64,000 bases of DNA from a bacterium (GCA_030646995.1 JAUSKF010000002.1:12092-76091), one strand, 5' to 3'. Numbered from the stretch's first letter, positions 9,092-19,026 are shown. Notes: generated by a model from the letters alone, not told the origin. Numbers and translations: made by a program.

Positions 9092-9598
9092 ATGAAATTG
9101 GAGGATCAATTCATAAAATTATACGACGATTTATCCGACGCAATTTTCCGGCATTGCTACTTTCGCGTATTTGAAAAGGAGCGCGCAAAGGAGCTGATGC
9201 AGGAGGTGTTCATCAAAACTTGGGAATATATGAAAAAAGGAGGGAAGATTGATAATCCTAAGGCCTTTCTCTATAAATCGGCGAATAACATAGTAATTGA
9301 TGAATCCCGTAAGAAAAAGGCGGCTTCGCTGGAGGCGATGGAAGAAACAGGATTTAATCCGGCCGATAACACTCACGAACGGCTGCTAAAATTTATCGAG
9401 GGCGGGGAGATGATCCGGCTTTTAAGAAAATTGGAGCCGAAGCACCGGCAGGCAATTTCAATGAAATATATAGACGACCTAGATATTAAAGAGATTGCGG
9501 AGGTGCTCGGAGAAACGGAAAATAACATCACCGTCCGAATCCATCGAGGCTTGAATCAGATAAGAGAAATTCTAAAAGAAAATGGAACAGAAATTTAA
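9092..9598 (+). CDS. ECF-type RNA polymerase sigma-70 family factor
   Basis: Region 2 (…FIKTWEYMKK…) and region 4 HTH (…DIKEIAEVLGETENNITVRIHRGLNQIR). Confidence 0.8.
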   Translation: MKLEDQFIKLYDDLSDAIFRHCYFRVFEKERAKELMQEVFIKTWEYMKKGGKIDNPKAFLYKSANNIVIDESRKKKAASLEAMEETGFNPADNTHERLLKFIEGGEMIRLLRKLEPKHRQAISMKYIDDLDIKEIAEVLGETENNITVRIHRGLNQIREILKENGTEI

Positions 9599-10412
9599 CG
9601 AAATAATTAAAAAAGCGAAAGAAATCCGGATGAAACCGGAAGAAAAATCCGATTTACGGGCGCGTCTTTATGCTGTGGCAAAAGGCGAAGCTGTAATGAG
9701 CGAGCCGGTTAGCCGTCAGGCCAATCAAAGGTCAGTAATTTTTAGATTTTTAAAACCCATGCCAATGTTTGCATCTTTGATGATTGCGCTGTTAGCCGGG
9801 GGAGGGGTCTCTTTCGCATCCGAAAATTCTTTACCGGGGGATATTTTATATCCGATTAAAGTGGGTATTAACGAGGAAATCCGCGCCAAGATCACCCTGT
9901 CCGCCGAAGCAAAGGCTGATTGGGAGGTCCGCAGAGCAGAGCGGAGACTTGAGGAGGCGGAAAAATTGTCCAACAATGGTGAGTTGGATGAGGAAAAGAA
10001 GGCCATAGTGGAAGCTAGATTTGAACAACACGCGGCTAAGGCAGGCCAGCAAGCGGAAAAAAGTGAGGAGCGTGCCTTGGTTAAAGCCAAAGCGAAATCT
10101 CTCGTGAAACTTGAAGCAGTGCTACAAAAGCACGGCCGAATTTTATCCCGTTTAGCAGAAAAAGACTCCATACAGGCCGCGGCTTCCATGAGAGTTGCCG
10201 CTGATGCAGATGTTCAAGCGGAAGCTCCAGTTCAGATTACCGATGACCAAGGTTCACAGGCGGTTCAAAATAAGATTGAGGAAGTTTCAAAATTTTTCTC
10301 CGCTGAAACCAGGGTGCCTGAAGAGTTCAAGGAAGAAATTCGCTATGAGGTAAAATCACTGCTTATACCGAAAAGGATTGAATCGAAAATTAAAGCGGGA
10401 ATAGAGTTGTAA
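9582..10412 (+). CDS. DUF5667-like protein (putative anti-sigma/partner of the ECF sigma), coiled-coil
   Basis: Overlaps sigma gene by 17 nt; TM segment then LPGDILYPIKVGINE… and coiled-coil; paralogue at 40758. Confidence 0.55.
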   Translation: MEQKFNEIIKKAKEIRMKPEEKSDLRARLYAVAKGEAVMSEPVSRQANQRSVIFRFLKPMPMFASLMIALLAGGGVSFASENSLPGDILYPIKVGINEEIRAKITLSAEAKADWEVRRAERRLEEAEKLSNNGELDEEKKAIVEARFEQHAAKAGQQAEKSEERALVKAKAKSLVKLEAVLQKHGRILSRLAEKDSIQAAASMRVAADADVQAEAPVQITDDQGSQAVQNKIEEVSKFFSAETRVPEEFKEEIRYEVKSLLIPKRIESKIKAGIEL

Positions 10413-10434
10413 GGGCGCTGCGTGCTATAATCAG

Positions 10435-10929
10435 GTGATGGTCAAGCATATTATTATTGCTTTGATGACGATTACTGTTGTGAATTGTGGCTCCGGGTTA
10501 GCTCTAGCTCATGGTTCCTTTGAATTGCCACTGGCTGGGTTAACTCCCTCTAATTTTTTCTATTTTCTCGATAGATTAGGCGAAACTCTTAGGGAGATTT
10601 TTGCTTTTAGTCCCGAAGCTAAAGTGAAATTACAGTTAAGCTTTGCCGCCGAACGGGTGGCGGAGCTGGAGTTAGAATTGGAGACGAATGGCGTAGAAGC
10701 AAAGGGCCTTGAGATAGCTCGCAATCGTCTTGCAGAACACATAGTGAGGGGCAATGAAATTATTCACGCAGAAATCGTGAAGGGGAGTGATATGGAAATG
10801 ATTTCTGAGGATTTTGACCATGATCTGAAAGAGCTCCTACAAAGAGCTGAGGAAGGTTCTGATGATTTAACCGCTGAGATAGAAAAAATGGAAGAGTTGT
10901 TGATGATTGAAGACGAGGGGCAAAAATAA
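10435..10929 (+). CDS. Hypothetical secreted/coiled-coil protein (short DUF5667-like)
   Basis: Signal-like N-terminus; LTPSNFFYFLDRLGE… loosely resembles the LPGDxLYPxK block; acidic C-terminus. Confidence 0.4.
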   Translation: MMVKHIIIALMTITVVNCGSGLALAHGSFELPLAGLTPSNFFYFLDRLGETLREIFAFSPEAKVKLQLSFAAERVAELELELETNGVEAKGLEIARNRLAEHIVRGNEIIHAEIVKGSDMEMISEDFDHDLKELLQRAEEGSDDLTAEIEKMEELLMIEDEGQK

Positions 10930-10968
10930 TATAGTATTTAGGTAAAAAAATCCCCTCAAATTAGGGGA

Positions 10969-11042
10969 TGGGCCCGGAGGGAATCGAACCCTCAACCCGC
11001 AGATTATGAGTCCGCTGCTCTGACCTTTTGAGCTACGGGCCT
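10969..11042 (-). tRNA. tRNA-Met (anticodon CAT; A1·C72 mismatch)
   Basis: Reverse complement folds as a cloverleaf: D-arm tagctcaaaaggtcagagc, anticodon loop ctCATaa, T-arm gagggttcgattccctc, acceptor aggcccg/cgggccc. Confidence 0.8.
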
Positions 11043-11057
11043 ACATATTAAGAAGCA

Positions 11058-11127
11058 TGGGCGCAGTGGGAGTTGAACCCACATCTCCGGTGTACGACCG
11101 GATCCTGATAAGTTGGAAGATGCACCC
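11058..11127 (-). tRNA. tRNA-like sequence (non-canonical; possible anticodon GTA, or a pseudogene)
   Basis: Good acceptor (gggtgca/tgcgccc) and T-arm (gtgggttcaactcccac), but irregular D and variable regions; anticodon loop tcGTAca with C33. Confidence 0.35.
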
Positions 11128-11177
11128 ACGCTATGAGGGATTATAGCATAAGGGAAACACTAAGTCAATGATACGTG

Positions 11178-11210
11178 GTACCAGACTTATAAAAAATAAA
11201 TAGAATGGTA
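11178..11210 (+). promoter_or_regulatory. GTACCAGACTTATA…ATGGTA motif (single copy) overlapping the M23 peptidase start codon
   Basis: gtaccagacttataaaaaataaatagaATGgta; same motif in three tandem copies at 48965-49078. Confidence 0.4.
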
Positions 11211-12392
11211 AGAAAAAGAATAATTCTGCTGGGCTTATTTTTGGGGATTGCCGCCGCTATTGTGGTTGCCCAAATTAAACCGGCCGGCCTTATCTTGGAT
11301 CCCTTACAAACAATTCGAATTTCTATCCCGACCGGAGCAACATTCATAGACGCAATGCGTTACCTGGGCGTAGCGACTTCTACCTCTCAATCTATTTTGA
11401 ATTCCGCTCAAGATAAATATAATCTGGCAAAGATTGTGAGCGGCCGGGAGCTGGCCCTTTCCTTCGATGTATTTTCCGGAGATTTAAAGAAAATGGTTTA
11501 TAAAATAGACGTTGATAATCAGTTAATCGTTGAAGACGCAGACTCGGAAGCTGATCCAGAAAATAAGTGGGGGGCAAAAGTTGAACCGATACCTTATGAA
11601 GTACGAGAGCGGTCAGGAGGAGGAGTAATTTCGAAATCATTATATCAAACCATTGTCAGCCAGGGCTTAGATGAGCGTTTAGCGCTGGCGCTAGCGGAGG
11701 CCTTTGCTTGGCAGATAGATTTTGCCACAGATATTCAAGAAGACGACAGTTTCAAAGTTGTCTACGAAGAGCGCTATCTGGATGGAAGATATGTCATGCC
11801 GGGAAGGATCATGGCGGCGAGCTTTATCAATGCGGGCGAATCCTTCAAGGGATATTATTTTGAGGGAACTGAGAAAACTCGCGCCGGTCATTATGATGAG
11901 AACGGCGGGGCTCTGCAGAAAGAATTTTTAAAATCTCCGCTTCAGTATAAATATATCAGCTCCGGATACTCTTTGGCGCGCTATAATCCGATTACCAAAA
12001 AAACATCACCGCATCGCGGCATTGATTATGCCGCTCCATCCGGCACACCCGCGGTTTCCGTTGGCGACGGCACAGTTACCCAGGCCGGCTGGAATGGTTA
12101 CTACGGGATTTCGGTTACTGTACGTCATAACGACACGTATAAAACGGTCTATGGTCATTTTTCTCGCCTAGCCAAGGGGATTAAGGTTGGCGCGAAAGTG
12201 AGTCAGGGTCAGGTTGTCGGCTATGTGGGCTCAACCGGGCTTTCCACAGGCCCCCACCTGCATTATGAAATGCATAAATTCAGTTCTTATGTGAATCCTT
12301 TCAAGGTAGAAATTCCACCGGGCGATCCGGTGAACGAGATGGATCGCGCAGCTTTTGAAAAAGTTGTAAGTAAATATTCGGGAAGCATATAA
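11205..12392 (+). CDS. M23 family metallopeptidase (murein DD-endopeptidase-like)
   Basis: HRGIDYAAPSGTPAVSVGDGTV…GHFSRL…VGYVGSTGLSTGPHLHYEM (HxxxD / HxH M23 motifs); N-terminal TM anchor. Confidence 0.85.
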   Translation: MVRKRIILLGLFLGIAAAIVVAQIKPAGLILDPLQTIRISIPTGATFIDAMRYLGVATSTSQSILNSAQDKYNLAKIVSGRELALSFDVFSGDLKKMVYKIDVDNQLIVEDADSEADPENKWGAKVEPIPYEVRERSGGGVISKSLYQTIVSQGLDERLALALAEAFAWQIDFATDIQEDDSFKVVYEERYLDGRYVMPGRIMAASFINAGESFKGYYFEGTEKTRAGHYDENGGALQKEFLKSPLQYKYISSGYSLARYNPITKKTSPHRGIDYAAPSGTPAVSVGDGTVTQAGWNGYYGISVTVRHNDTYKTVYGHFSRLAKGIKVGAKVSQGQVVGYVGSTGLSTGPHLHYEMHKFSSYVNPFKVEIPPGDPVNEMDRAAFEKVVSKYSGSI

Positions 12393-12393
12393 A

Positions 12394-12415
12394 AACCGCC
12401 GAAGCGGCGGTTTAG
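12394..12415. terminator. Bidirectional hairpin terminator
   Basis: accgccgaagcggcggt stem-loop; T-run on the minus strand. Confidence 0.5.
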
Positions 12416-12849
12416 TTACGGGTTTTTTCCAATTGGATCACTATGTCTTTTGCCAAAGCGTCGATAGAATCGTAGATCTTATGAGCCAACCGATGCTCCC
12501 AGGGTACAAAAACGATGTCTTGGCACAATGCCTGAGAGATGCTAATTGGCTTCTTGGGCAATCCGGCATCGCTGAGTCGGTCGTCTCTTAGCAGATCAAC
12601 TCTTAACGTCACTATGGGTATCGAACAAGCGGCCCCCTGTGCCTTACCTTTTTTGCCCGCATTTGCCAGGGGATCTCCAATATTCATTCTGGCCTGCCAA
12701 ACCAGTCGTTCCCAGTCAAACTTAAATGGAAAAGCCTTCTCGACTTTTCCGGCCAGCTCCAACCAACGGTCCATAAACAAAGGAAATTCTACTCTGCTCG
12801 GTGGATGTTCGCTCGGTTCAAAATCAACTAAGAGTCTCGTTCGAAACAT
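12412..12849 (-). CDS. Hypothetical protein
   Basis: 145-aa ORF ending at the shared terminator; no recognisable motif. Confidence 0.4.
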   Translation of the reverse strand: MFRTRLLVDFEPSEHPPSRVEFPLFMDRWLELAGKVEKAFPFKFDWERLVWQARMNIGDPLANAGKKGKAQGAACSIPIVTLRVDLLRDDRLSDAGLPKKPISISQALCQDIVFVPWEHRLAHKIYDSIDALAKDIVIQLEKTRN

Positions 12850-12893
12850 TCAAACCTCCTTGAGTGAGCTGTGTATTTTATAGCATAGATACT

Positions 12894-13640
12894 TTATTTT
12901 GCAAAAGGCCGGTTGAAAAAGATTACCCAGACAAAATTCAGAAAATAGCGGCTGACAGTAGCAAAGTAACCATTTTTCTTAAACCGGCGCGCCGAAGACA
13001 GGGTGACTAATTTATGAGTAAATAGAACCTTGCCAATCTTGCGTAGCTGTTTTCCTGTATTCACGTCATCACCATAAAAAACATAGTTGATGTCCAAGCC
13101 GCCGATCCTTTGCAGAGCGGAGCGCCAAACTGCTAAATTGCCCCCTTGCACTACGCTGCCTTTTCGGAGGATGTAATGCACCAGCCAATAGACCGGGTAG
13201 GCGACCAGCAAAAAGCCGTAGAGAGTGAACCAACGGCCGATTGGACCAACGTCGCGATAGCGGTAAACTCCGGCAACAGCGACAACTCCCGGCTGCGTAA
13301 GATAACTTAAAGCCACTTCGCTCCAATTTTCCGCAAGCCAATTGTCAGCATCGATGAACGCTAAGATGTCGCCCGTGGCGACATCCACCCCACGCTGACG
13401 GGTCCGGTTGGTTCCCGACACCGTTTCCTTAAGAACTTTCACTTTGGGATACCTGGCGGCAACCTCCGATGTGCGGTCAATGCTGTTGTTGTCTACCACA
13501 ATTATTTCTTTGACCAAATCGGCGGGCTGTTTTAAGATGTGCTCAATAGTTGATCCGATGTAGGCCTCTTCGTTCTTGGCGGGTATAATAAAAGATATGC
13601 CCGGTGCTAAAACTTTCACTGTGCTATTGTTTGTTTGCAT
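12894..13640 (-). CDS. Family 2 glycosyltransferase (dolichyl-phosphate/undecaprenyl-phosphate sugar transferase-like) with C-terminal TM
   Basis: ISFIIPAKNEE…IVVDNNSIDRT…IDADN (GT2 DxD-type motifs). Confidence 0.75.
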   Translation of the reverse strand: MQTNNSTVKVLAPGISFIIPAKNEEAYIGSTIEHILKQPADLVKEIIVVDNNSIDRTSEVAARYPKVKVLKETVSGTNRTRQRGVDVATGDILAFIDADNWLAENWSEVALSYLTQPGVVAVAGVYRYRDVGPIGRWFTLYGFLLVAYPVYWLVHYILRKGSVVQGGNLAVWRSALQRIGGLDINYVFYGDDVNTGKQLRKIGKVLFTHKLVTLSSARRFKKNGYFATVSRYFLNFVWVIFFNRPFAK

Positions 13641-13700
13641 AACTTAATTTATAGAATTTGTGATGAATAAGAAAATGATAAAAATATTTTAGCACCGGGT

Positions 13701-14018
13701 ATGTTCATAAAATTATTTCTGGCTGTGCCGTTTATATTACTGGCGTTTGCCGTTGCTTTATTTTACATTCATTTTGGCGGATCAGGCAATCTGCTGGTGG
13801 TTAGACTAGACAGCGTTCGAGGAATAAATTTTATCAGCCAAGTTGGTGAAGTTTGGGGGACGTTAGCAGTTGTTTTGGCGATCAATGTAGTGAATTTTTT
13901 GCTGACTTTAGGATTGTTAAAAAGAGATAGAAAAATAGCTGTTTTGCTCCCATTTACCAGCACCCTCATCAGCCTGTTGATTTTAATTTATATTTCGGTT
14001 ATAGTATCTGTTAATTAG
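13701..14018 (+). CDS. Small hypothetical membrane protein
   Basis: 3 hydrophobic segments; 105 aa; directly upstream of rplU. Confidence 0.35.
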   Translation: MFIKLFLAVPFILLAFAVALFYIHFGGSGNLLVVRLDSVRGINFISQVGEVWGTLAVVLAINVVNFLLTLGLLKRDRKIAVLLPFTSTLISLLILIYISVIVSVN

Positions 14019-14020
14019 AT

Positions 14021-14329
14021 ATGTTCGCAGTAATAGAAACCGGAGGAAAGCAATATAAGGTTGCAGCCGGGCAAAAACTTAAGATTGAAAAATTAGAATC
14101 TCCGGTAGGGGATAATTTAGCTTTCGATAAAGTTTTGTTAGTAGCGGACGGTGAGAATGTAAAAATCGGCGCTCCTTATGTTGCGGACGCTAAAGTAGAA
14201 GCGAAAATTCTCCGCCAAGGACACGCTAAAACGGTGATTGTATTTAAATACAGCTCCAAGACCCGTTTCCGTAAGAAGAAGGGCCATCGCCAGAAGTTCA
14301 CTGAAGTAGAGATTACCGGCATTAAATAA
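14021..14329 (+). CDS. rplU: 50S ribosomal protein L21
   Basis: MFAVIETGGKQYKVAAGQKLKIEKL…FKYSSKTRFRKKKGHRQKFTEVEI is the canonical L21 sequence. Confidence 0.9.
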   Translation: MFAVIETGGKQYKVAAGQKLKIEKLESPVGDNLAFDKVLLVADGENVKIGAPYVADAKVEAKILRQGHAKTVIVFKYSSKTRFRKKKGHRQKFTEVEITGIK

Positions 14330-14330
14330 A

Positions 14331-14358
14331 AAAGCCCCCGATTTTAGGGGGCTTTGCC
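14331..14358. terminator. Rho-independent terminator after rplU
   Basis: aaaagcccccgattttagggggctttg. Confidence 0.6.
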
Positions 14359-14386
14359 GCTAACTGCGGTTTTTTCCGTGTCCTCC

Positions 14387-14671
14387 TCAACAATGGCCAG
14401 GATCTTCTTCGCAGCCATTCTCTTGCCCTGCTGGCGGGGGAGTCGGGAGCTTACCTTCTTCTTCGGTCATCGTGAGGTTGTGGTGGAAGATGCCTCCTAC
14501 AATCATGAGACTCGTTCCTCCAATCAGAAAAATGCTAAGTACCCACGCCGGTCGATCTCCAATCACTGCCATTGTCAGTCCGGCTATCCAAATAATTCCT
14601 CCAAAAACCATCATCATTGCGGCAATCATTGCCATTCCGGACACCTTCATCGGCTGCTCTTCCGGATTCAT
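14387..14671 (-). CDS. Small hypothetical membrane protein
   Basis: 94 aa with 2 TM segments; competing plus-strand ORFs lack features; ends at the bidirectional terminator. Confidence 0.35.
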   Translation of the reverse strand: MNPEEQPMKVSGMAMIAAMMMVFGGIIWIAGLTMAVIGDRPAWVLSIFLIGGTSLMIVGGIFHHNLTMTEEEGKLPTPPPAGQENGCEEDPGHC

Positions 14672-14715
14672 AAGACCCTCCTTATTTGGGGTTTCTGCCT
14701 TGGATTATATCAAAA

Positions 14716-15285
14716 TTATGACCTATTGTCAATTGCGCTGGCCAGGGTTTCTTCGTCGGCAAATTCAATTTCTCCGCCCGTGGGGATGCCCCGGCCAAGA
14801 CGAGTTATTTTTCCAACGGTTTCTTTGAGCTCTTGGGCAATCAGGGAGGCGTTGATGTCGCCGTAAGTAGTCGGATTCATCGCTAAAATTGCTTCCTCTG
14901 CGGAGTTAATTGTCCTCAAGCGCAGCTTTTGCATACTGGTAAGAAAGCCGTCCTTTTTGAGTTCTCCCAAAACCAAATACCTTCCGTCAAACTTTTTAGC
15001 TTTTTCCAAAGAAATCAAATCCGTTTCTTTTTCCACGATTGCCACTAAGTCTTTCCGGCGGTTTGGATTAGAGCAGATGGCGCAAATTTCAGAATCCGGA
15101 GTAGTGGCAAAGCAAAATGAGCAGACCGCCAATGAGTTTAAGCCGCTGACCGCCTGCGCCAACTCCAGCACGTCCGCCCTTCCCTGATTTGCCAGATAAA
15201 AAGCTAAACGGGTAGCTTGGCGAGGTCCGATGCCCGGAAGCTTCGCTACTGCTTCAACGAATTTTTTAATAGGCTCCGGTACCAT
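14716..15285 (-). CDS. recR: Recombination protein RecR
   Basis: HhH (KLPGIGPRQATRLAFYL), C4 zinc finger (CSFCFATT…CAICSNP) and Toprim domain. Confidence 0.9.
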   Translation of the reverse strand: MVPEPIKKFVEAVAKLPGIGPRQATRLAFYLANQGRADVLELAQAVSGLNSLAVCSFCFATTPDSEICAICSNPNRRKDLVAIVEKETDLISLEKAKKFDGRYLVLGELKKDGFLTSMQKLRLRTINSAEEAILAMNPTTYGDINASLIAQELKETVGKITRLGRGIPTGGEIEFADEETLASAIDNRS

Positions 15286-15328
15286 TGTAGGATATTTTTA
15301 TTATTTAAATATTTAAACGTTTAAACCT
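15286..15328 (-). promoter_or_regulatory. Conserved TTTAAA-rich palindromic upstream module (copy upstream of recR; overlaps the dnaB stop)
   Basis: Reverse complement reads TTTAAACGTTTAAATATTTAAATAATAAAAATATCCTACAATG; near-identical modules before cysS, groEL and fusA. Confidence 0.55.
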
Positions 15329-16685
15329 CGGTCGGGCTGACATGAGCTTTATCGATATTTTTAAAGCTGGCTTTTTCTTGGTCGAATCTCAACTCTACCG
15401 CTCCCGTAGGTCCGTTGCGGTGTTTAGCAATAATGACCTGGGCGATATTTTGCTCTTCCGGAGACGGGTTGGCTTTCGTTTTATCCTCGCGATAAAGAAG
15501 CAGTACGATATCCGCGTCCTGTTCGATAGAGCCGGACTCCCGAAGGTCGGCCAGGCGGGGGACTTTACTGTCCCGTTGTTCAACGCCGCGAGATAACTGG
15601 GACAAAGCCAGAATTGGCACATTTAATTCCCGGCCCAGCGCCTTCAGGTTGCGGGAGATTTCTGTAATTTGGTGGACCATATTATCGGAGTGGGTGCGGG
15701 GCTGGATTAACTGCAGATAGTCCACAATCAGCAGACTTAATCCGTGCTCGGCTTGCAGGCGGCGCGCCATTGAGCGCATCTGCAGAATATTCGGAGAAGC
15801 AGTGTCGTCAACGAAGATCGGGGCCTTGGAGAGTTTATCCAAAGCTTCCTGGATCAGCTGGAAGTCGGAATCATCCATTTGTTTCCCGGTGCGTAATTTC
15901 CAAAGTGACACTTCGGATTCGGCGGAGATCAGACGATCAATAACCTGATCCTTGGACATTTCCAGGGAAAAAATACCCACCGGCTTTTGTTCATGGATAC
16001 CGACATGGCGGGCGATATCCAAAGCCAGAGAAGTTTTACCCAAAGACGGGCGGGCGCCGAGGATTATCAGGTCGGAATTGCGCAGTCCGGATAATTTCTG
16101 GTCTAATCCGTAGAAGCCGGTACTCAAACCACCCAGGATCTTTTCGCCACTGTGCAATTTAGCCATTCGTTCGTAAGCTTTCGGCAGTTCTTCGTGGATT
16201 CGGACGAACTTTTGCGGAACGGACCGCTGGGAAATTGAAAAGATTTTTTGCTCAATACTGTCCATCGCCTCCTCAATATCACCTTCCGGATTAAAAGCTT
16301 TTTCAGCAATCTCCGCGGAGGCGCGAATCATATCCCGCAAAATCTTTTTTTCTTTTACGATTTGCGCGTAATGAGCAATGTTGGAGGCGGTCGTAACGCC
16401 GTCCAGCAGGTTACTTAAATAGGTTGACCCGCCGATTTCTTTTAGAAGCCCCTTTTCTTTTAATTCGTTGGAGACGGTGGAAATATCGATTGGTTGGTGC
16501 TTTTCATAAAGACTAAAAATCGCCTCATAGATTTTGGCGTTGCCGGGGTGATAAAAATCAATATGAGACAGCGTATCCGCTACCTGAATAATCGAGCTTT
16601 TGTCGATCATCAAAGATCCGAGCACGGAATTTTCCGCCTCGATGCTTTGTGGAGGCAATTTAAGTTGTGATTTTCCCGAGGGCAT
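15321..16685 (-). CDS. dnaB: Replicative DNA helicase DnaB
   Basis: N-terminal DnaB domain; Walker A GARPSLGKT; …LSQLSR… RecA-like core; 454 aa. Confidence 0.9.
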   Translation of the reverse strand: MPSGKSQLKLPPQSIEAENSVLGSLMIDKSSIIQVADTLSHIDFYHPGNAKIYEAIFSLYEKHQPIDISTVSNELKEKGLLKEIGGSTYLSNLLDGVTTASNIAHYAQIVKEKKILRDMIRASAEIAEKAFNPEGDIEEAMDSIEQKIFSISQRSVPQKFVRIHEELPKAYERMAKLHSGEKILGGLSTGFYGLDQKLSGLRNSDLIILGARPSLGKTSLALDIARHVGIHEQKPVGIFSLEMSKDQVIDRLISAESEVSLWKLRTGKQMDDSDFQLIQEALDKLSKAPIFVDDTASPNILQMRSMARRLQAEHGLSLLIVDYLQLIQPRTHSDNMVHQITEISRNLKALGRELNVPILALSQLSRGVEQRDSKVPRLADLRESGSIEQDADIVLLLYREDKTKANPSPEEQNIAQVIIAKHRNGPTGAVELRFDQEKASFKNIDKAHVSPTEV

Positions 16686-18065
16686 TTATTTTTTTAGAAT
16701 CAGCGGACCGACTGGTGTGTCGTCTACTATGTATCCTAGCTCTTCCACTTCTTTCCGCAAGACATCAGCAGGAACAAACTGTTGATTATTTCTTAATAAC
16801 ATTCTTTGCTTCACCAGTCCCCGTATTTTAAAGGGAATATGAGGAAATTTCAGCTCAACTCCGAGCGTCTGCAGTCTCGCCAGGAGCCAATCGGCCACCA
16901 TCTCCGCTTCTTTTTGGGACAAGCTCCAGATTTCCGGATTAACGGCGTTCACTACACCAAACAAAGCGGCTAAAGCTTCAGGAGTATTGAAGTCGTCGGC
17001 CATAGCTGCATGAAAAACAGCTTCGGATTTTTTAAGCAGGGCTGCAATGTCCAGTTTGCCGGATTCTTTTTTTCTAACTAGTCGTAATTTTCCGATGAAC
17101 TGGCGTAAATTGGAAATAGAATTTTTTGTCTGCTCAGCTAATTTATCGGAGTAATCGAGAGGGGAGCGATAATGATGGCTGACCACCAGATATCGGAAAA
17201 GGGTGGGGGAGTGGGTTTTTAAAAAGTCGCGGATAGTGATGAAATTTCCCGCGCTCTTCGCCATCTTGGCGCCGTTTACCAAAAGATGCCCAGCATGCAT
17301 CCAAAGTTTCACCATCGGTTTTTTACCGGAAGCCGATTCCTGCTGGGCTATCTCCGCTTCGTGATGAGGAAATTTCAAATCGATACCGCCGCCGTGGATG
17401 TCATATTGCGGGCCGAAGAAATATTCAGTGATTGCCGTATCTTCAATATGCCAGCCGGGCCTTCCGGATCCCAGAGGGGTTTTCCAGCTCGGCTCTCCCT
17501 GCTTCTCGAATTTCCAGAGGCAGAAATCTCCTTTGTTGCGTTTATTTATCGCGTCATCAATTCTGGAAACCGAATCCTCGGCCTGCTCTAGTGTGCGATG
17601 GGATAATTTCCCGTAATCCGGAAATTTTGAAATATCAAAATAATATCCTTCGCTTTCAATCTTATAGGCGACTCCTTTATCAATCAAAGCTTGAATCTGT
17701 TTAACAATTTGCCTGATGTAGCTGGTAGCTTTAGCGTATTTATTGACCGAATCCACTCGCAGCTCCTTCATATCCTGCTTGTAGGCTTTGGTATAAAAAT
17801 TAGCGATTGTTTCCGGATATTTTTTCTCTTCCTTGGCGCGGTTGATTATTTTATCATCAATGTCAGTGATGTTTTGTAAATAAAAAACTTTTATCTTTTG
17901 CGAGCGCAGATAGCGGATTATGGAATCAAAAGCGGCATAAGTACGGCCGTTGCCGATATGCGCCAAGTCGTAAACGGTCGGCCCGCAGACGAACAGCTTT
18001 AATTTACCGCTCTCCGGAATCAGGAGCGGTTTTTTTTCACCGGACAAGGTATCAAAAATTATCAC
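16686..18065 (-). CDS. cysS: Cysteine--tRNA ligase (GTG start)
   Basis: HIGNGRTY (HIGH), KMAKS (KMSKS) and class I anticodon-binding domain; 459 aa. Confidence 0.9.
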   Translation of the reverse strand: MIIFDTLSGEKKPLLIPESGKLKLFVCGPTVYDLAHIGNGRTYAAFDSIIRYLRSQKIKVFYLQNITDIDDKIINRAKEEKKYPETIANFYTKAYKQDMKELRVDSVNKYAKATSYIRQIVKQIQALIDKGVAYKIESEGYYFDISKFPDYGKLSHRTLEQAEDSVSRIDDAINKRNKGDFCLWKFEKQGEPSWKTPLGSGRPGWHIEDTAITEYFFGPQYDIHGGGIDLKFPHHEAEIAQQESASGKKPMVKLWMHAGHLLVNGAKMAKSAGNFITIRDFLKTHSPTLFRYLVVSHHYRSPLDYSDKLAEQTKNSISNLRQFIGKLRLVRKKESGKLDIAALLKKSEAVFHAAMADDFNTPEALAALFGVVNAVNPEIWSLSQKEAEMVADWLLARLQTLGVELKFPHIPFKIRGLVKQRMLLRNNQQFVPADVLRKEVEELGYIVDDTPVGPLILKK

Positions 18066-18098
18066 CCTTTTTATTTAAATATTTAAATTTTTAAACAT
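18066..18098 (-). promoter_or_regulatory. Conserved TTTAAA-rich palindromic upstream module (copy upstream of cysS)
   Basis: Reverse complement reads TGTTTAAAAATTTAAATATTTAAATAAAAAGGGTG(start). Confidence 0.5.
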
Positions 18099-18117
18099 TG
18101 CAATATTGCGCTTCGCG

Positions 18118-19026
18118 CTATAGCCAGCCCTTTCTTCTAAAAGAGACGACCAGCGTGACTAGAATTATACCAATAATTACGAAGATGGCCCAAAAAGTGA
18201 GCTGGTGCTCAACAATATATCTTTCAACGAAGTTGATTGAAGCGAGAGATAAAAAGATGGACAAGGGAACGGCCAGAAAAGCGAAGATTGTGAATCGTTG
18301 CATTACCGAGTTGGTTTTTGCGTTAAGAAGCTGGCCGTTAGTGGTCTCCAGAGCTTCAATGGTCGCGCGATAATTTTCCACGTGCTGGGTTACCTTAGAA
18401 TAATCGCCGACCAAATCATCAAAATAGATTCCGAAGTCTTCTCCCCAAAATTTCACTCCGACGTCTCCAAGGGAAGTCAGTAAAATTTCTTGCGGAGCGC
18501 TGATGATGCTGTAGTCGAGAACGTCGCGCTTGGCGTAAGAAATCTTTTGCAATAACTGCGTCTCCTTGCCTTTGAAAATCTCTTTTGATATTTCCTGAAT
18601 GTTGTCTTCCACGTGGCGCAACTGGCGCATTGAGAAGCTGATAATCGCCTGAATTAAATAGTAGCCACAGCGTGCTGTGTCCTGCATCGCCTGATTTTTG
18701 AAATTTTGATTATTACTTATAGTCCTCATAAATGTATCAATCGGCTCCAAATCTTCATAATGGATGGTAATAATCTTATTTTTAGTTATCAAGAAATCCA
18801 CCTCCGCTTTTCTGGAGGTTTTTAAAGATTTATCGTAGATAGGCAGATGATAGGTAAGGAACAAATAATTATTGTAAAATTCAACGCGGGATCGACTGGA
18901 AAAATGCAGCAGCTCATCCAAAATGATCGGGTGAAAGTCATGTTGTTTCTTCAAAAAATCAATGTCCGTTTTAGTGGGCTTTAGGATGTCTATCCAGGTA
19001 ATTTTAGGGGATTTGGTTATCCACAT
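18118..19026 (-). CDS. CorA-like divalent-cation transporter family protein
   Basis: Soluble N-domain plus 2 C-terminal TM helices; …MQRFTIFAFLAVPLSIFLSLASINF… resembles the CorA pore region (the GMN motif is degenerate). Confidence 0.5.
   Translation of the reverse strand: MWITKSPKITWIDILKPTKTDIDFLKKQHDFHPIILDELLHFSSRSRVEFYNNYLFLTYHLPIYDKSLKTSRKAEVDFLITKNKIITIHYEDLEPIDTFMRTISNNQNFKNQAMQDTARCGYYLIQAIISFSMRQLRHVEDNIQEISKEIFKGKETQLLQKISYAKRDVLDYSIISAPQEILLTSLGDVGVKFWGEDFGIYFDDLVGDYSKVTQHVENYRATIEALETTNGQLLNAKTNSVMQRFTIFAFLAVPLSIFLSLASINFVERYIVEHQLTFWAIFVIIGIILVTLVVSFRRKGWL

Noticed and set aside
10945-10975. Hairpin tcccctcaaattagggga after the 10435 ORF as a terminator
   Set aside because: There is no downstream T-run on the plus strand because it runs directly into the minus-strand tRNA-Met. 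It may still act as a bidirectional stop, but the evidence is weak.
14354-14866. 170-aa and 118-aa plus-strand ORFs between rplU and recR
   Set aside because: They have low-complexity His/Ser/Arg-rich translations and overlap a minus-strand 2-TM ORF and the recR 3' end. They are most likely non-coding or antisense.
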